Assembly (NCBI GenBank): GCA_963976765.1
Contig: CAXBME010000014.1
Span: forward strand, 124,001 to 188,000
DNA: 64,000 bases
Source: an uncultured Planctomycetaceae bacterium
GTDB taxonomy: Bacteria > Planctomycetota > Planctomycetia > Planctomycetales > Planctomycetaceae
Reading direction: 5' to 3'
Positions 10,738 to 19,959 of the stretch are shown here, piece after piece. Every line of letters begins with the position of its first letter. The stretch's first letter is position 1. The notes under the pieces are model-generated. The model did no database searches and had not been told where the DNA came from. It was given only the letters and a program-made list of their open reading frames with translations. The position numbers and the translations under genes were made by a program.

Positions 10738-11017
10738 GAATCCTGGGGACCGGTTGAAAGATTGAACTGAGCAGAGTGGGCAGTACCCACCAATAATGCC
10801 ACGGTCGCTTCGAGACTGACTGGTGGGCATCGCCCACCAGTCAGTTACAACCTGCGGCGAGTATCGAGATTGTGTCGTTGTTCCAACTCGGAAGAAAGCA
10901 ACCGCCACACGATACCTTGAGTCTGGCCTGACGAGATCGCGCGCGGCGGTTGCCGAATCAACGTGATCAGCTATCTTGCGGAAACGACTCTCAGCGATTC
11001 TCATCAGGGATACTCTC

Positions 11018-11881
11018 ATGACCGCCCCATCATCGTGGATTTTCGACGTTAAGGCCGACGAGTTCGAGCAGCAGGTCATTCATAAATCTTCGGAAGTTCC
11101 GGTCATCGTTGATTTCTGGGCGCCGTGGTGCCAGCCGTGCCAGCTTCTTGCGCCAATTATTGAGCAGGCAGTCAACGAAGCGGCCGGAAAACTACTGCTC
11201 GCCAAAGTCAACATCGACGACAACCCCGAACTCGCTCAGATGATGGGCGTTCAATCAATACCCGTCGTCGTGGCCTTCTTCGAGGGGCAGGTGATTGACC
11301 ACTTCCAGGGCGTGCTCCCGGAAGATCAACTGAAAGAATGGCTAGCGCGACTCGTTCCTTCCAAAGCCGCCGAATTATTCAAAGAAGCTTTGGAACTACT
11401 CGAGTCCAATCCTGCCGGCGCCGAACTGAAGCTGCGGGAAGCTCTCGAACTTGAGCCGTCTGACACGATCAGGATCTATCTTGCACAGACGCTACTCGCG
11501 CAGAATCGTGATGAAGAGTGTGGGCGAATTATCACCGAACTCGAGGCAAGAGGTTTTCTCGAACCGGAAGCCGAAAAGCTGAAGTCGCAGCTTGAAATGC
11601 GAGCTGACGCCGAAGAGTCAGGCGGAGTCCAGCAGGCTCGTGCAACTGCCGAAGCGAATCCCGGTGACCTGTCATTGCAGGTCGTCCTGGCCGAGGCGCT
11701 GGCTGTTGATAACAAACACCGGGAAGCCTTTGAAATTCTGCTCGCAGTCGCCACGCAGAACCGCGGCGGAGAAAACGGAGACAAGGCTCGCCAGCAGATG
11801 GTCAAACTGTTCGACGTACTCGGAGCCGGCAGCGAACTGGTCAGCGAATACCGCCGTAAACTCGCGACAGCACTTTATTAA
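11018..11881 (+). CDS. cnoX: Thioredoxin-TPR chaperedoxin (CnoX/YbbN-like)
   Basis: VDFWAPWCQPC thioredoxin motif, TPR C-terminus, YRRKLATALY end; ATG 11018. Confidence 0.85.
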   Translation: MTAPSSWIFDVKADEFEQQVIHKSSEVPVIVDFWAPWCQPCQLLAPIIEQAVNEAAGKLLLAKVNIDDNPELAQMMGVQSIPVVVAFFEGQVIDHFQGVLPEDQLKEWLARLVPSKAAELFKEALELLESNPAGAELKLREALELEPSDTIRIYLAQTLLAQNRDEECGRIITELEARGFLEPEAEKLKSQLEMRADAEESGGVQQARATAEANPGDLSLQVVLAEALAVDNKHREAFEILLAVATQNRGGENGDKARQQMVKLFDVLGAGSELVSEYRRKLATALY

Positions 11882-11983
11882 ACGCGATCAAACGCCGGAA
11901 CGAACACGGAAAAGTCCAGTAGCAACAGCCTTCTTTTCAGCTTCACCCGCAGAATCTTCAGGCGATTGTTAGAGGTAAGCATC

Positions 11984-12325
11984 CAAGGATGATGCAAACT
12001 ACATCATTTGCATAGTGCGGACTTGCAACAGCTAGTCGCCGTTCCCGCCGGCCATTCGGCGTCTTGTGGCGATGCATTCGCTGTCAGTCTGTTGCTTCAC
12101 GAAACGAATCGCAGAACGTTTAAACCATGCCAGGTTATCCGCGGCGAAACGGTCACAGAGTCGACTGTCACCTCCCGGAGCGTCACACCCAGTCGCCAGT
12201 GCAGGCTGCATTCGCCACCTGGTGGCCGCGACATGCTGTCGCGAATCGCCGGACGCTCAGACTTCGCTGACGAGATCAAGAAACGAATGTCGGTGGCTTG
12301 TTTGCCATCCTGAAGACTCGTTCGA
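11984..12325 (-). mobile_element. Decayed ISAs1-family transposase 3' fragment with possible degenerate terminal IR
   Basis: Across frameshifts: DGKQATDIRFLISS...SLHWRLGVTLRE / DSRLCDRFAADNLAWFKRSAIRFVKQ...RRRMAGGNGD*LLQV, matching the ISAs1 C-terminal pattern LHWxLDVxFxED...AxNLAxLRR. CAAGGATGATGCA at 11984 resembles a CAGGGC-type end. Confidence 0.75.
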
Positions 12326-12515
12326 AAGGACGCGCCAAAGTTAAGGCTCATCTGCTACTACGGGGCAATACCCGTTACTTCGAACTCACCTACCCCCGCC
12401 TGGTTGACGCCGCTTCTGGCTAACCCGCCCCCCCCCTGAGTCTCAACTGGAAGTCCGAACCAACGAGGCGAGCATGAACTTAATCCGCCGCCGCTCACGG
12501 AAATCACCGATCTAA

Positions 12516-13448
12516 CTATAGATCGCTTTCCAGGCTATCAATTGCAACCTCTGCATCCGCTCGAAAATCACGACCTTTGAAATGATCAACCAACTCCAGC
12601 ACAGGCGGCCCGCACAGGAGAAGATAGACCGGCGGACTTAGACAGAAAATGACTGGCAGCATGATCTGCACGCTCAAACGGTTCGCCCGCTCTTCGACAC
12701 GTCTTCGTTGAGCCTGACGGACAGTAGCCGAATAATCCTTCATCGCACGCGCAACGTTTGTTCCCAGCCGTTCAGTCTGAGAAACGATCGACGCCAACGA
12801 CCTGATGTCCGGAACATCAATCCGGTCAGCGAAATGCTTCAGGGCCTGCCCCATTGACCCCGCCGAAGCCTGCCGACCAATGATCTCAAACTCAGCCGCT
12901 ACATCAGGATTTGACTTTCCAATTTCGACAGCAACCTGATTCAAAGATGCCCGGAGTGGTACTCCGCCAGTCAGCGACATCGCGACCATATCAAGACAGT
13001 CAGGCAACGAGTCCTGAATACGAGTAACTCGGCTGCTCGCTTTCCACCCCAGTAAAACGCGGGGAAGACCATATGCAAAAATGGTGAGCAACGTTCCCGT
13101 AATTACAAGAATTCGGAGCAGCACAGCATCGTCCAGAGCCAATGCACCAGCAGCCAGCGTCAGTATCAACGTCATTCCAATTATAGAATTACGGAGTGCG
13201 AGATAGTGAGCCAAAGCGTCTCGGCGATAATCGCCAGCCCGCCTGAGATCGTGCCCGATTGACTCAACTTCACTGGATAACTGTGGGATTGACGCCGCGA
13301 GAGCTGTCACAACTGGGCCGCCTGCTGCCATCTGGCTGTCGGAACTCGCAGTTCTTCTCCGCAACAATTCCACAACCAGATTGCCGACGGCAAACAGAAC
13401 GAACATTACCAGAAGGAAGCTCAGGAACGTTAACAGGTTAATAATCAT
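12516..13448 (-). CDS. tadC: Tad pilus inner-membrane platform protein TadC (T2SSF)
   Basis: LPDCLDMVAMSLTGG, SQTERLGTNV, EERANRLSVQIMLPVIFCLSP; follows tadB. Confidence 0.9.
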   Translation of the reverse strand: MIINLLTFLSFLLVMFVLFAVGNLVVELLRRRTASSDSQMAAGGPVVTALAASIPQLSSEVESIGHDLRRAGDYRRDALAHYLALRNSIIGMTLILTLAAGALALDDAVLLRILVITGTLLTIFAYGLPRVLLGWKASSRVTRIQDSLPDCLDMVAMSLTGGVPLRASLNQVAVEIGKSNPDVAAEFEIIGRQASAGSMGQALKHFADRIDVPDIRSLASIVSQTERLGTNVARAMKDYSATVRQAQRRRVEERANRLSVQIMLPVIFCLSPPVYLLLCGPPVLELVDHFKGRDFRADAEVAIDSLESDL

Positions 13449-13461
13449 CTCGTGTATCCTG

Positions 13462-14385
13462 TTACTGGTTCTGTCCACGAAGCATCTGCATCAGCCACAC
13501 CAAACCCACAATTTCCAGAATCGCAGCTGTTAGAAGCAAAACGTTTCCCATCGGCATTTCCAGCAATGGCGCCAAGTGATCTCGATTAAAGAAGAACAGG
13601 ATGATGAAAAGTAGCGGGCCTGTAATTCCAATAAATTGAGCAGAGAGACGTCCAGCTGACGTTGCAGCACGGATCTGCCTTCGATGACTCGCCCGATCTC
13701 GAACCACTCCTGCAAGATGCTCAAGGGTAGACGCCAGATTGCCGCCGGTCTGTCGGTGAACTGACAGAATCGTGGAAAGTACGCTGATATCTGAAACCGC
13801 AACGCGCTTTCCAAGTGATTCCATCGCTCTTGAAACGGAGACGCCCAAACCAATCTGTCGTGCGCACATTGTAAACTCTGGTCCGAGCGGTGCTGGTGTA
13901 TCCGCCCCTGCCAGTGCAACAGCCTGCTCCATTGTCTCACCCGCGTGTACGGCACGTGACATTAATGCAAGCACATCCGGAAGCTGTTCTTCGATCTGGT
14001 TCAGTCGACGTCGTCGCAAAAATGCAAGAATTACCAGAGGAACCAGTAATCCCAATATTGCTGCCAACAGGCCAGGTACCGGATTTTTTTCGACTAGAAA
14101 AATCGAACCACCAATCAACGCCGCTGCCAGTACCATCAACAGCACGACGGCGACTGGGCTAATACCTGTCCCACTTTCGAGTACGACTCGATCGAAACCT
14201 GAATTAAATCGCTGCACGAGGCTTGAAGCACGTTCAGAATCCGCTGCCGACACTTGTCGCCTGATACTTATCGGCGTCGCGTCGCTGGCACCAGCAACTT
14301 GAAGATCTTTCAGGGCCATGCCTACTGCCAGAAACAGTGCAAACAAGGCCACAAAGACGACTGAAGAAACCATCAAACTGGTCAA
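13462..14385 (-). CDS. tadB: Tad pilus platform protein TadB (T2SSF)
   Basis: QLPDVLALMSRAVHAG, HRQTGGNLA, IRAATSAGRLS. Confidence 0.9.
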   Translation of the reverse strand: MTSLMVSSVVFVALFALFLAVGMALKDLQVAGASDATPISIRRQVSAADSERASSLVQRFNSGFDRVVLESGTGISPVAVVLLMVLAAALIGGSIFLVEKNPVPGLLAAILGLLVPLVILAFLRRRRLNQIEEQLPDVLALMSRAVHAGETMEQAVALAGADTPAPLGPEFTMCARQIGLGVSVSRAMESLGKRVAVSDISVLSTILSVHRQTGGNLASTLEHLAGVVRDRASHRRQIRAATSAGRLSAQFIGITGPLLFIILFFFNRDHLAPLLEMPMGNVLLLTAAILEIVGLVWLMQMLRGQNQ

Positions 14386-14389
14386 GACA

Positions 14390-15721
14390 TTACTCCACTG
14401 ACTTCGATGAGTTACTGAACCACCAGTCAGACACGTTTACACCAGAGGCCTTCATGCGAGTTCTGCACCGAGGCAAGTATCCAGTTGACGAGAACACTCC
14501 CTCACTTGTCCCGACTTCCGCACGCTCGAAACGGAATACATCCTCAACCACGAAATCACCATTCTCAACTCCAGTGATTTCTGATATTCGCACCACTTTT
14601 CGTTCACCACTCTTTAGCCGGGCGACGTGAATAATCAGGCGAATCCCAGCCGCGATGTACTGTCGAACGACAGCCACGGGAAGATTAAACCCCGCCATCG
14701 CCGCCATCATTTCCAGACGCGCGAGAGCTTCACGTGTGTCGTTTGCATGAATCGTACTCAGCGAACCCTCGTGTCCGGAGTTCATTGCCTGAAGCATGTC
14801 TAACGCTTCGGCTCCTCGCACTTCTCCGACCAGAATTCGATCTGGCCTCATGCGAAGTGCATTGCGAACAAGCTGACGCTGGTCAACAGCGCCTACACCC
14901 TCTGTGTTATTGGCTCGCGTTTCCAGACGTACAACATGTCGATTCTGCAATTGCAGCTCAGCTGAATCTTCAATTGTCACAACACGTTCACCATCACCGA
15001 TGAACTCGCTTAGTGCGTTGAGCAGGGTTGTTTTACCAGCACCAGTCCCTCCTGAAATCAGGAAGCTCATCCCGGCATCGACAGCACCGATTAAAAAATC
15101 GGCCATATCAGAACTGAGGGAACCATTCTCGATCATTGTGTCAAGCCGCAATGGCTCAGCACTGAAACGGCGAATTGAAAGCACAGGACCGTCAATCGCC
15201 AATGGAGGAACGACCGCATTAATTCGCGACCCATCCGCAAGTCGTGCATCAACCATTGGCGACGTCTCATCAATTCGACGTCCGACCTTTGCGGCAATGC
15301 GCTGGACTGTCCGCAAAATGTGGTCGTCATCGGCAAAGATTACGTCAGTGAGGCTAAGCTGGCCGTGTCGCTCAACATAGACCTCAAATGGACTATTGAC
15401 GAGAATATCGGTTACTTCCGGGTCGCTGGTCAGCTTTTCAAGAGGCCCGAGTCCAAATACTTCATCCATCAACTCGGGAAGTAGCCGAGCTTGCTTATCA
15501 GCAGGCAGATGCGTTCCCTTCAGTTCGCACAGTTCCTGAGCAAGGACTCTCAGTTCACCGGCGAAAGCCTGCTCGTTTGCGATATCGACAACTGAAAGAT
15601 TCAGAGACTCGACAAGCAATTCATGAATAGCCACTTTCAGCCGTTGAAAGTCCAGCTCGCCGGGATCGGGCTGCGACACAGAGTGTCTCAATTCCCGTTG
15701 TTCAACAGTGATTGTTGTCAT
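14390..15721 (-). CDS. cpaF: Tad/Flp assembly ATPase CpaF/TadA
   Basis: GLGPLE, PMVDARLADGSR, Walker A GGTGAGKTT, LRMRPDRILVGEVRG, GHEGSLSTIHAN. Confidence 0.97.
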   Translation of the reverse strand: MTTITVEQRELRHSVSQPDPGELDFQRLKVAIHELLVESLNLSVVDIANEQAFAGELRVLAQELCELKGTHLPADKQARLLPELMDEVFGLGPLEKLTSDPEVTDILVNSPFEVYVERHGQLSLTDVIFADDDHILRTVQRIAAKVGRRIDETSPMVDARLADGSRINAVVPPLAIDGPVLSIRRFSAEPLRLDTMIENGSLSSDMADFLIGAVDAGMSFLISGGTGAGKTTLLNALSEFIGDGERVVTIEDSAELQLQNRHVVRLETRANNTEGVGAVDQRQLVRNALRMRPDRILVGEVRGAEALDMLQAMNSGHEGSLSTIHANDTREALARLEMMAAMAGFNLPVAVVRQYIAAGIRLIIHVARLKSGERKVVRISEITGVENGDFVVEDVFRFERAEVGTSEGVFSSTGYLPRCRTRMKASGVNVSDWWFSNSSKSVE

Positions 15722-15828
15722 TAACCTCTGCCCCTGTCTCAACCTGTCAGTTACCACACAACGAAGTGTGCTCGGTCATGTAGTACTGGCATCTGCTTGT
15801 GTTCACACAGCAAATACGTGTCCGTGTA

Positions 15829-18000
15829 CTATTCCTTCACTCCACCACGAACGATCTCAACACGTTGTCCAGGCAGCGTCGCTTTGCTCAATCCGTTAAC
15901 GAGTCCTCGCCCAAAATCGGTAACTGCTGACATTAGAGTTTGATTCGTATCTTTGTCGTTAATTGCTGCTCTTCGGAAATCCATTGCTAACAATGATGAA
16001 TTGTTTGTACTGTTGCCGAATTGGACCACGGACGCCTGTTCTGACACACCTTGATCAGTTGCCCGCAGATCAGTTACTTCCCGTAATCCGGGCGAAGAAG
16101 CATTCGATACTTTTCTGTCTGGTACGACCACAGATACATTTTCCACATCGACTTCTTGTGTATCACTTGCCTGCTTGACCGGCCCAACCGGCATTGACGA
16201 CTTGTTATTCGTTGAGCTGTTGCTCGCCTTAGTCGTGTTTTCGTTCACGCGAGAGGCAGTCCGATTAACCGTCGCAGCACGGCCACCGACATTAAAGACC
16301 AGCGTTTCACGGCTGCCACCATTGAAGATATCAAGCCGAGTTGGCCGAGCTGGTTCCGGAAGGTTCAGAACTTCAGCCAGTGTCGTCTGTGAGACGCCAG
16401 TTGTTGCTGCATCCTTCTCGTCGCTCAGAGACGCCATTTTCCGTTCGAGGAGTGGAAGCTCATTCATCAAGGCACCAAGTCGGTCGGCCTGCTCCTTGCT
16501 CAACTGTATGGAGTCGTCCAGCTGACCGATCTGCTTTAGCGCTGCAATATGCTGTTGAGTTCTCTCTAACTGTTCCCGCGTCGTTTCAAGTTCGCGAGCA
16601 ATTTCTCCGATCGGTCTTTCACCGACAGCCCTGACGGCAAGTGTCATCGTCCCATGCCCTTCCAAGGCCTGAATCCTTCCAACTTCGCCAAGCGGCACGG
16701 CCAGAGTGACACGGACTCCCTGAGCGCTAGCGCCTTTACTGTCTGCGTCAGAACCAGCGGAAACGCGATCTTCAATCGCCAGAACCTTCAGGCCATCGAG
16801 AACACGCAGGGTCGTTTCCGGGTATCCTTCAAGAGCCTCTGCACGAAAGAAAACGTCGACTTCCGTTCCGGGCGAGACAAATCCGTCAACCAACGCGTTC
16901 TTGCTCATATTGACAGTAACAGCTCTAAATCCACGAGGAAGCCGGTCTGCAACACCAGGGCTAACGCCTTCCGGATAGAGAATATCAGCAGTAATTACCT
17001 GTCCGGGCGTCACATCAGCTCGAAGGGTTCTACCGACCAGAGTGTCAATGTCTCCGTAGGTCACGACATCCGATGTATTTGAACTAACTTCGTCAGCGTT
17101 TACCACGCGAACGTCACCCGCTCGTACGACTCGCCCCTCAACCAGTTCCGTCGTTGCAACGACGACAGGTGTGGCTTTCACACCTTCCAGTATTTCAATG
17201 ACAGTCTGTGCATGTCGCTCAATCGGCGCCCCGCCATCGATCTTCTCTCCGTTCTCTGAAAGCATCTCTCCGGCCTCTGCGAGTGGACGCAGAGCGAGTG
17301 AAATCTCTCCCCGATCTTCCAACGCCTTCAGCATTGTCGCCTGCGACGGCTTTACAGCAAACGTTACTCTCGCCTCCTGAGTATCGCTGCTGCGTCGTGC
17401 AACTTCCGGCTTGCTTTGTGGATAAGGAGTCGCATCGACGGCCAACACCTCAATACGAGTCATCGCGGTAATCGTTGTCTCTGGAATATCTTTGGTGCCT
17501 TCTTCAAGCCCTGATGACCTGAAAAGCACATCAACAAACGTTCCAGGAGCGGCAAACCCGTCAGCAAATCCGGCTCCGCTGACTTTGACCGTCACAGCTC
17601 GCATTCCCTGTGGCAATTTCTCGGCGACCGTAGGTCCAGTACCTTCCGCATAAAGTTCATTCGGGCCAACTGTCGAACCGGTGAGCACCTCGGTACGCAA
17701 CACACGTCCCTTGAGTTGTTCAACCCGATTCACAAAGGCTTTCTGAGCATACTTTGACTTGGAAAAGTCTGGCCGCGACATTTTGATGTTTGCGAAATCC
17801 GACTCTCGAATAAGCCGTCCCGGTTCGAGATCAGTGACGGCAACTGGAATCAGAACTACCTCCGCGGCGCTTGCAGGTGCTGCAACAGCGGTGGCATCCT
17901 CACGTTGTTCAAGAAACTGACGAACGGTAAACGCACCAGTCAATGCTAACAGTACTGCGACGACGGCCACGGCGAGTGTGCCAGCGCTTAAACGTGCCAT
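15829..18000 (-). CDS. cpaB: Flp pilus assembly protein CpaB/RcpC with tandem-duplicated SAF+RcpC modules
   Basis: N-terminal TM helix, then two copies of SAF + (LPxGxRAVTV...DGFxxPGTxVDV..R...PETT...VLA...VTxAV...LExxGxxxLAxR). Confidence 0.9.
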   Translation of the reverse strand: MARLSAGTLAVAVVAVLLALTGAFTVRQFLEQREDATAVAAPASAAEVVLIPVAVTDLEPGRLIRESDFANIKMSRPDFSKSKYAQKAFVNRVEQLKGRVLRTEVLTGSTVGPNELYAEGTGPTVAEKLPQGMRAVTVKVSGAGFADGFAAPGTFVDVLFRSSGLEEGTKDIPETTITAMTRIEVLAVDATPYPQSKPEVARRSSDTQEARVTFAVKPSQATMLKALEDRGEISLALRPLAEAGEMLSENGEKIDGGAPIERHAQTVIEILEGVKATPVVVATTELVEGRVVRAGDVRVVNADEVSSNTSDVVTYGDIDTLVGRTLRADVTPGQVITADILYPEGVSPGVADRLPRGFRAVTVNMSKNALVDGFVSPGTEVDVFFRAEALEGYPETTLRVLDGLKVLAIEDRVSAGSDADSKGASAQGVRVTLAVPLGEVGRIQALEGHGTMTLAVRAVGERPIGEIARELETTREQLERTQQHIAALKQIGQLDDSIQLSKEQADRLGALMNELPLLERKMASLSDEKDAATTGVSQTTLAEVLNLPEPARPTRLDIFNGGSRETLVFNVGGRAATVNRTASRVNENTTKASNSSTNNKSSMPVGPVKQASDTQEVDVENVSVVVPDRKVSNASSPGLREVTDLRATDQGVSEQASVVQFGNSTNNSSLLAMDFRRAAINDKDTNQTLMSAVTDFGRGLVNGLSKATLPGQRVEIVRGGVKE

Positions 18001-18075
18001 ATCAATTGCCTCAGAGCAGATGTCTTGTAAGTCGATAAACGCGTCAGCAACAACAGAGCCGTTGACAAGCGATGT

Positions 18076-18384
18076 TTATTCCACAGTTGCCGGAGTTGTG
18101 ATACTCAGGCCTGCCGGTGGAGCTCCTGCTGGGTCCACCAGTGTCGTTGCGTCTGCAAAAGACCGTGTTACCGTTCCTCCTCCAGCGGTAACCAGATCAT
18201 AACTGAACGATTGATCGATACTGTCAATCGCTACTGCCGTGTCGCCAAGCTCCTGAGACACTCCGTCGCGGTAGGAAGTTAACCCGGCGATCACTCCAAA
18301 CACCAGCAGTAGTGTGGTGAATATGATCTCCATCGTGTAAACCGAGCCGGCCTCATCGCCGTACAATGACAAAATGTATTTCAT
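18076..18384 (-). CDS. Flp-like pilin 1 (planctomycete type)
   Basis: DEAG/SVYTME, hydrophobic helix, RDGVSQELGDTAVAIDSIDQSFSY; immediately upstream of cpaB. Confidence 0.8.
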   Translation of the reverse strand: MKYILSLYGDEAGSVYTMEIIFTTLLLVFGVIAGLTSYRDGVSQELGDTAVAIDSIDQSFSYDLVTAGGGTVTRSFADATTLVDPAGAPPAGLSITTPATVE

Positions 18385-18475
18385 TGTCTTAACACCCAAA
18401 TCCGTATTGTCGGTTTTGTACCTGAACTCAGGAAAAGACAGAACTTAACCACATCCAGCAGCAGAATGCTGGTGA

Positions 18476-18805
18476 TTAAGTCTCAGCTGACGGGATTGGT
18501 GCCTCGATGCTCAATCCAGCGGGCTCAGAACCTGTCGTGTCGGCCCCGTCGTTTTCATCACTCTCGTCAGCAAACTCTGACCCCGCCACGGTTCCAACGC
18601 CAACAATCGTGTTGCCAGCGTAACTGTAACTTTGATTGATGTTGTTAATCGCGAGGCCAGTGTCAGCAGCCTCCTGATTAACAGCATCTCGAAGTGACAC
18701 ATTCCCTGCGATAAGCCCGAAAACGAGAATCATCATCAAGAGAATGATCTCGGTCGAAACAGCGACACCAGCCGTATCGTGATAAAGTTTCTGGAAAAGT
18801 GTCAT
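18476..18805 (-). CDS. Flp-like pilin 2
   Basis: MTLFQKLYHDTAG/VAVSTEIILLMMILVFGLIAG...RDAVNQE...NQSYSY. Confidence 0.8.
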   Translation of the reverse strand: MTLFQKLYHDTAGVAVSTEIILLMMILVFGLIAGNVSLRDAVNQEAADTGLAINNINQSYSYAGNTIVGVGTVAGSEFADESDENDGADTTGSEPAGLSIEAPIPSAET

Positions 18806-18849
18806 CTTCTTCAAACCTCTGTAGTTGTGTTCGAAACTGCTGCCCCACA

Positions 18850-18974
18850 TCACTCGCGCCCGACATGTCGGACGCGAGTGAAAGTTGGACGACGTGAGAC
18901 GTGTTGCCAGCGTCCGATTGGCAAAGCAAAATCGCTATGCGAGCAGACGTCGACTCATCTCCGCGACATTCGGC
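18850..18974 (-). repeat. Structured 3' trailer, copy B (after pilin 3)
   Basis: Homologous to 19492-19620; includes hairpin TCACTCGCG-C-CCGAC-AT-GTCGG-A-CGCGAGTGA (18850-18881, + strand). Confidence 0.8.
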
Positions 18975-19313
18975 TTATGTCTCAGCAGCTGGAAGTGGAG
19001 CTTCCAGGCTCAGACCGGCAGGTTCTTGAGCCGTCGTGTCGGCGTTGTTTTCATCCAGCAGGTCGGCAAAGAGTGAGGCTGGAGTAGCAGCGTTGACGTT
19101 TCCATCGACACTGTTCGTGTTGCCTTCAAAGCTGTAGGTCTGGTTGAGGGAGTTAACCATCAGACCTGTGTCGCCCAGCTCCTGAGCAACAGCATCGCGC
19201 AGCGATGCCATACCGGCGATGAGGCCGAAAACGAGGAGCATCATAACTAGGATGATCTCAGTCGAGACGATGACCCCAGCTTCATCCATCCAAAACTTCT
19301 GCATCAAATTCAT
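18975..19313 (-). CDS. Flp-like pilin 3 (109/112 aa identical to pilin 4)
   Basis: MNLMQKFWMDEAG/VIVSTEIIL...; GGAG RBS; differs from pilin 4 only at L/I and AQ/DE. Confidence 0.85.
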   Translation of the reverse strand: MNLMQKFWMDEAGVIVSTEIILVMMLLVFGLIAGMASLRDAVAQELGDTGLMVNSLNQTYSFEGNTNSVDGNVNAATPASLFADLLDENNADTTAQEPAGLSLEAPLPAAET

Positions 19314-19415
19314 TTCACATCTCCAGAAACCAAAAGGTGTCGTCCTCAGGCTGCGACGCAACCCTCATGACATTGCGCCGCTGCCGACATGGAAGCAGTC
19401 GCGAAGGTGGGATCC
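19314..19415 (-). repeat. Conserved 5' leader, copy B (before pilin 3)
   Basis: Near-identical to 19960-20060 over the distal ~70 nt. Confidence 0.85.
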
Positions 19416-19491
19416 GACGCCGGCGGTTCTGTTGCCGACGTCTCTTTAAAATTTATACACGCTGTCATTTCGTTGTTATTTCAGGCCCGCA

Positions 19492-19620
19492 TCACTCGCG
19501 CCCGATGTATCATCGGACGCGAGTGAAAAAACCGGACGAGGTGAGATGTGTCGGCCCACGTCCCGCTGCAAAGTAGACTGCTATGCAAGTGAACGTTTAC
19601 GCATCTCCGCAGCATTCGGC
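19492..19620 (-). repeat. Structured 3' trailer, copy A (after pilin 4)
   Basis: Includes hairpin TCACTCGCG-C-CCGATG-TAT-CATCGG-A-CGCGAGTGA (19492-19526, + strand). Confidence 0.8.
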
Positions 19621-19959
19621 TTATGTTTCAGCAGCTGGAAGTGGAGCTTCCAGGCTCAGGCCAGCAGGCTCTTCGTCGGTGGTGTCAGCGTTGTTTTCAT
19701 CCAACAGGTCAGCGAAGAGTGAGGCTGGAGTAGCAGCGTTGACGTTTCCATCGACGCTGTTCGTGTTACCTTCAAAGCTGTAGGTCTGGTTGAGGGAGTT
19801 AACCATCAGACCTGTGTCACCCAGTTCCTGAGCGACAGCATCGCGCAGCGATGCCATACCAGCGATGAGGCCGAAGACGAGGATCATCATGACAAGGATG
19901 ATCTCGGTCGAGACGATGACACCAGCTTCATCCATCCAAAACTTCTGCATCAAATTCAT
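19621..19959 (-). CDS. Flp-like pilin 4 (first gene of the pilin array)
   Basis: MNLMQKFWMDEAG/VIVSTEIILVMMILVFGLIAG; AGGAG RBS. Confidence 0.85.
   Translation of the reverse strand: MNLMQKFWMDEAGVIVSTEIILVMMILVFGLIAGMASLRDAVAQELGDTGLMVNSLNQTYSFEGNTNSVDGNVNAATPASLFADLLDENNADTTDEEPAGLSLEAPLPAAET

Noticed and set aside
10738..11079. N-terminal extensions of the rdgB and cnoX ORFs that overlap each other
   Set aside because: Homology starts at 10737 and 11018; the extensions cross a divergent promoter region.
19492..19530. Pilin trailer hairpins as intrinsic terminators
   Set aside because: On the coding strand the U-tract precedes the hairpin rather than following it.
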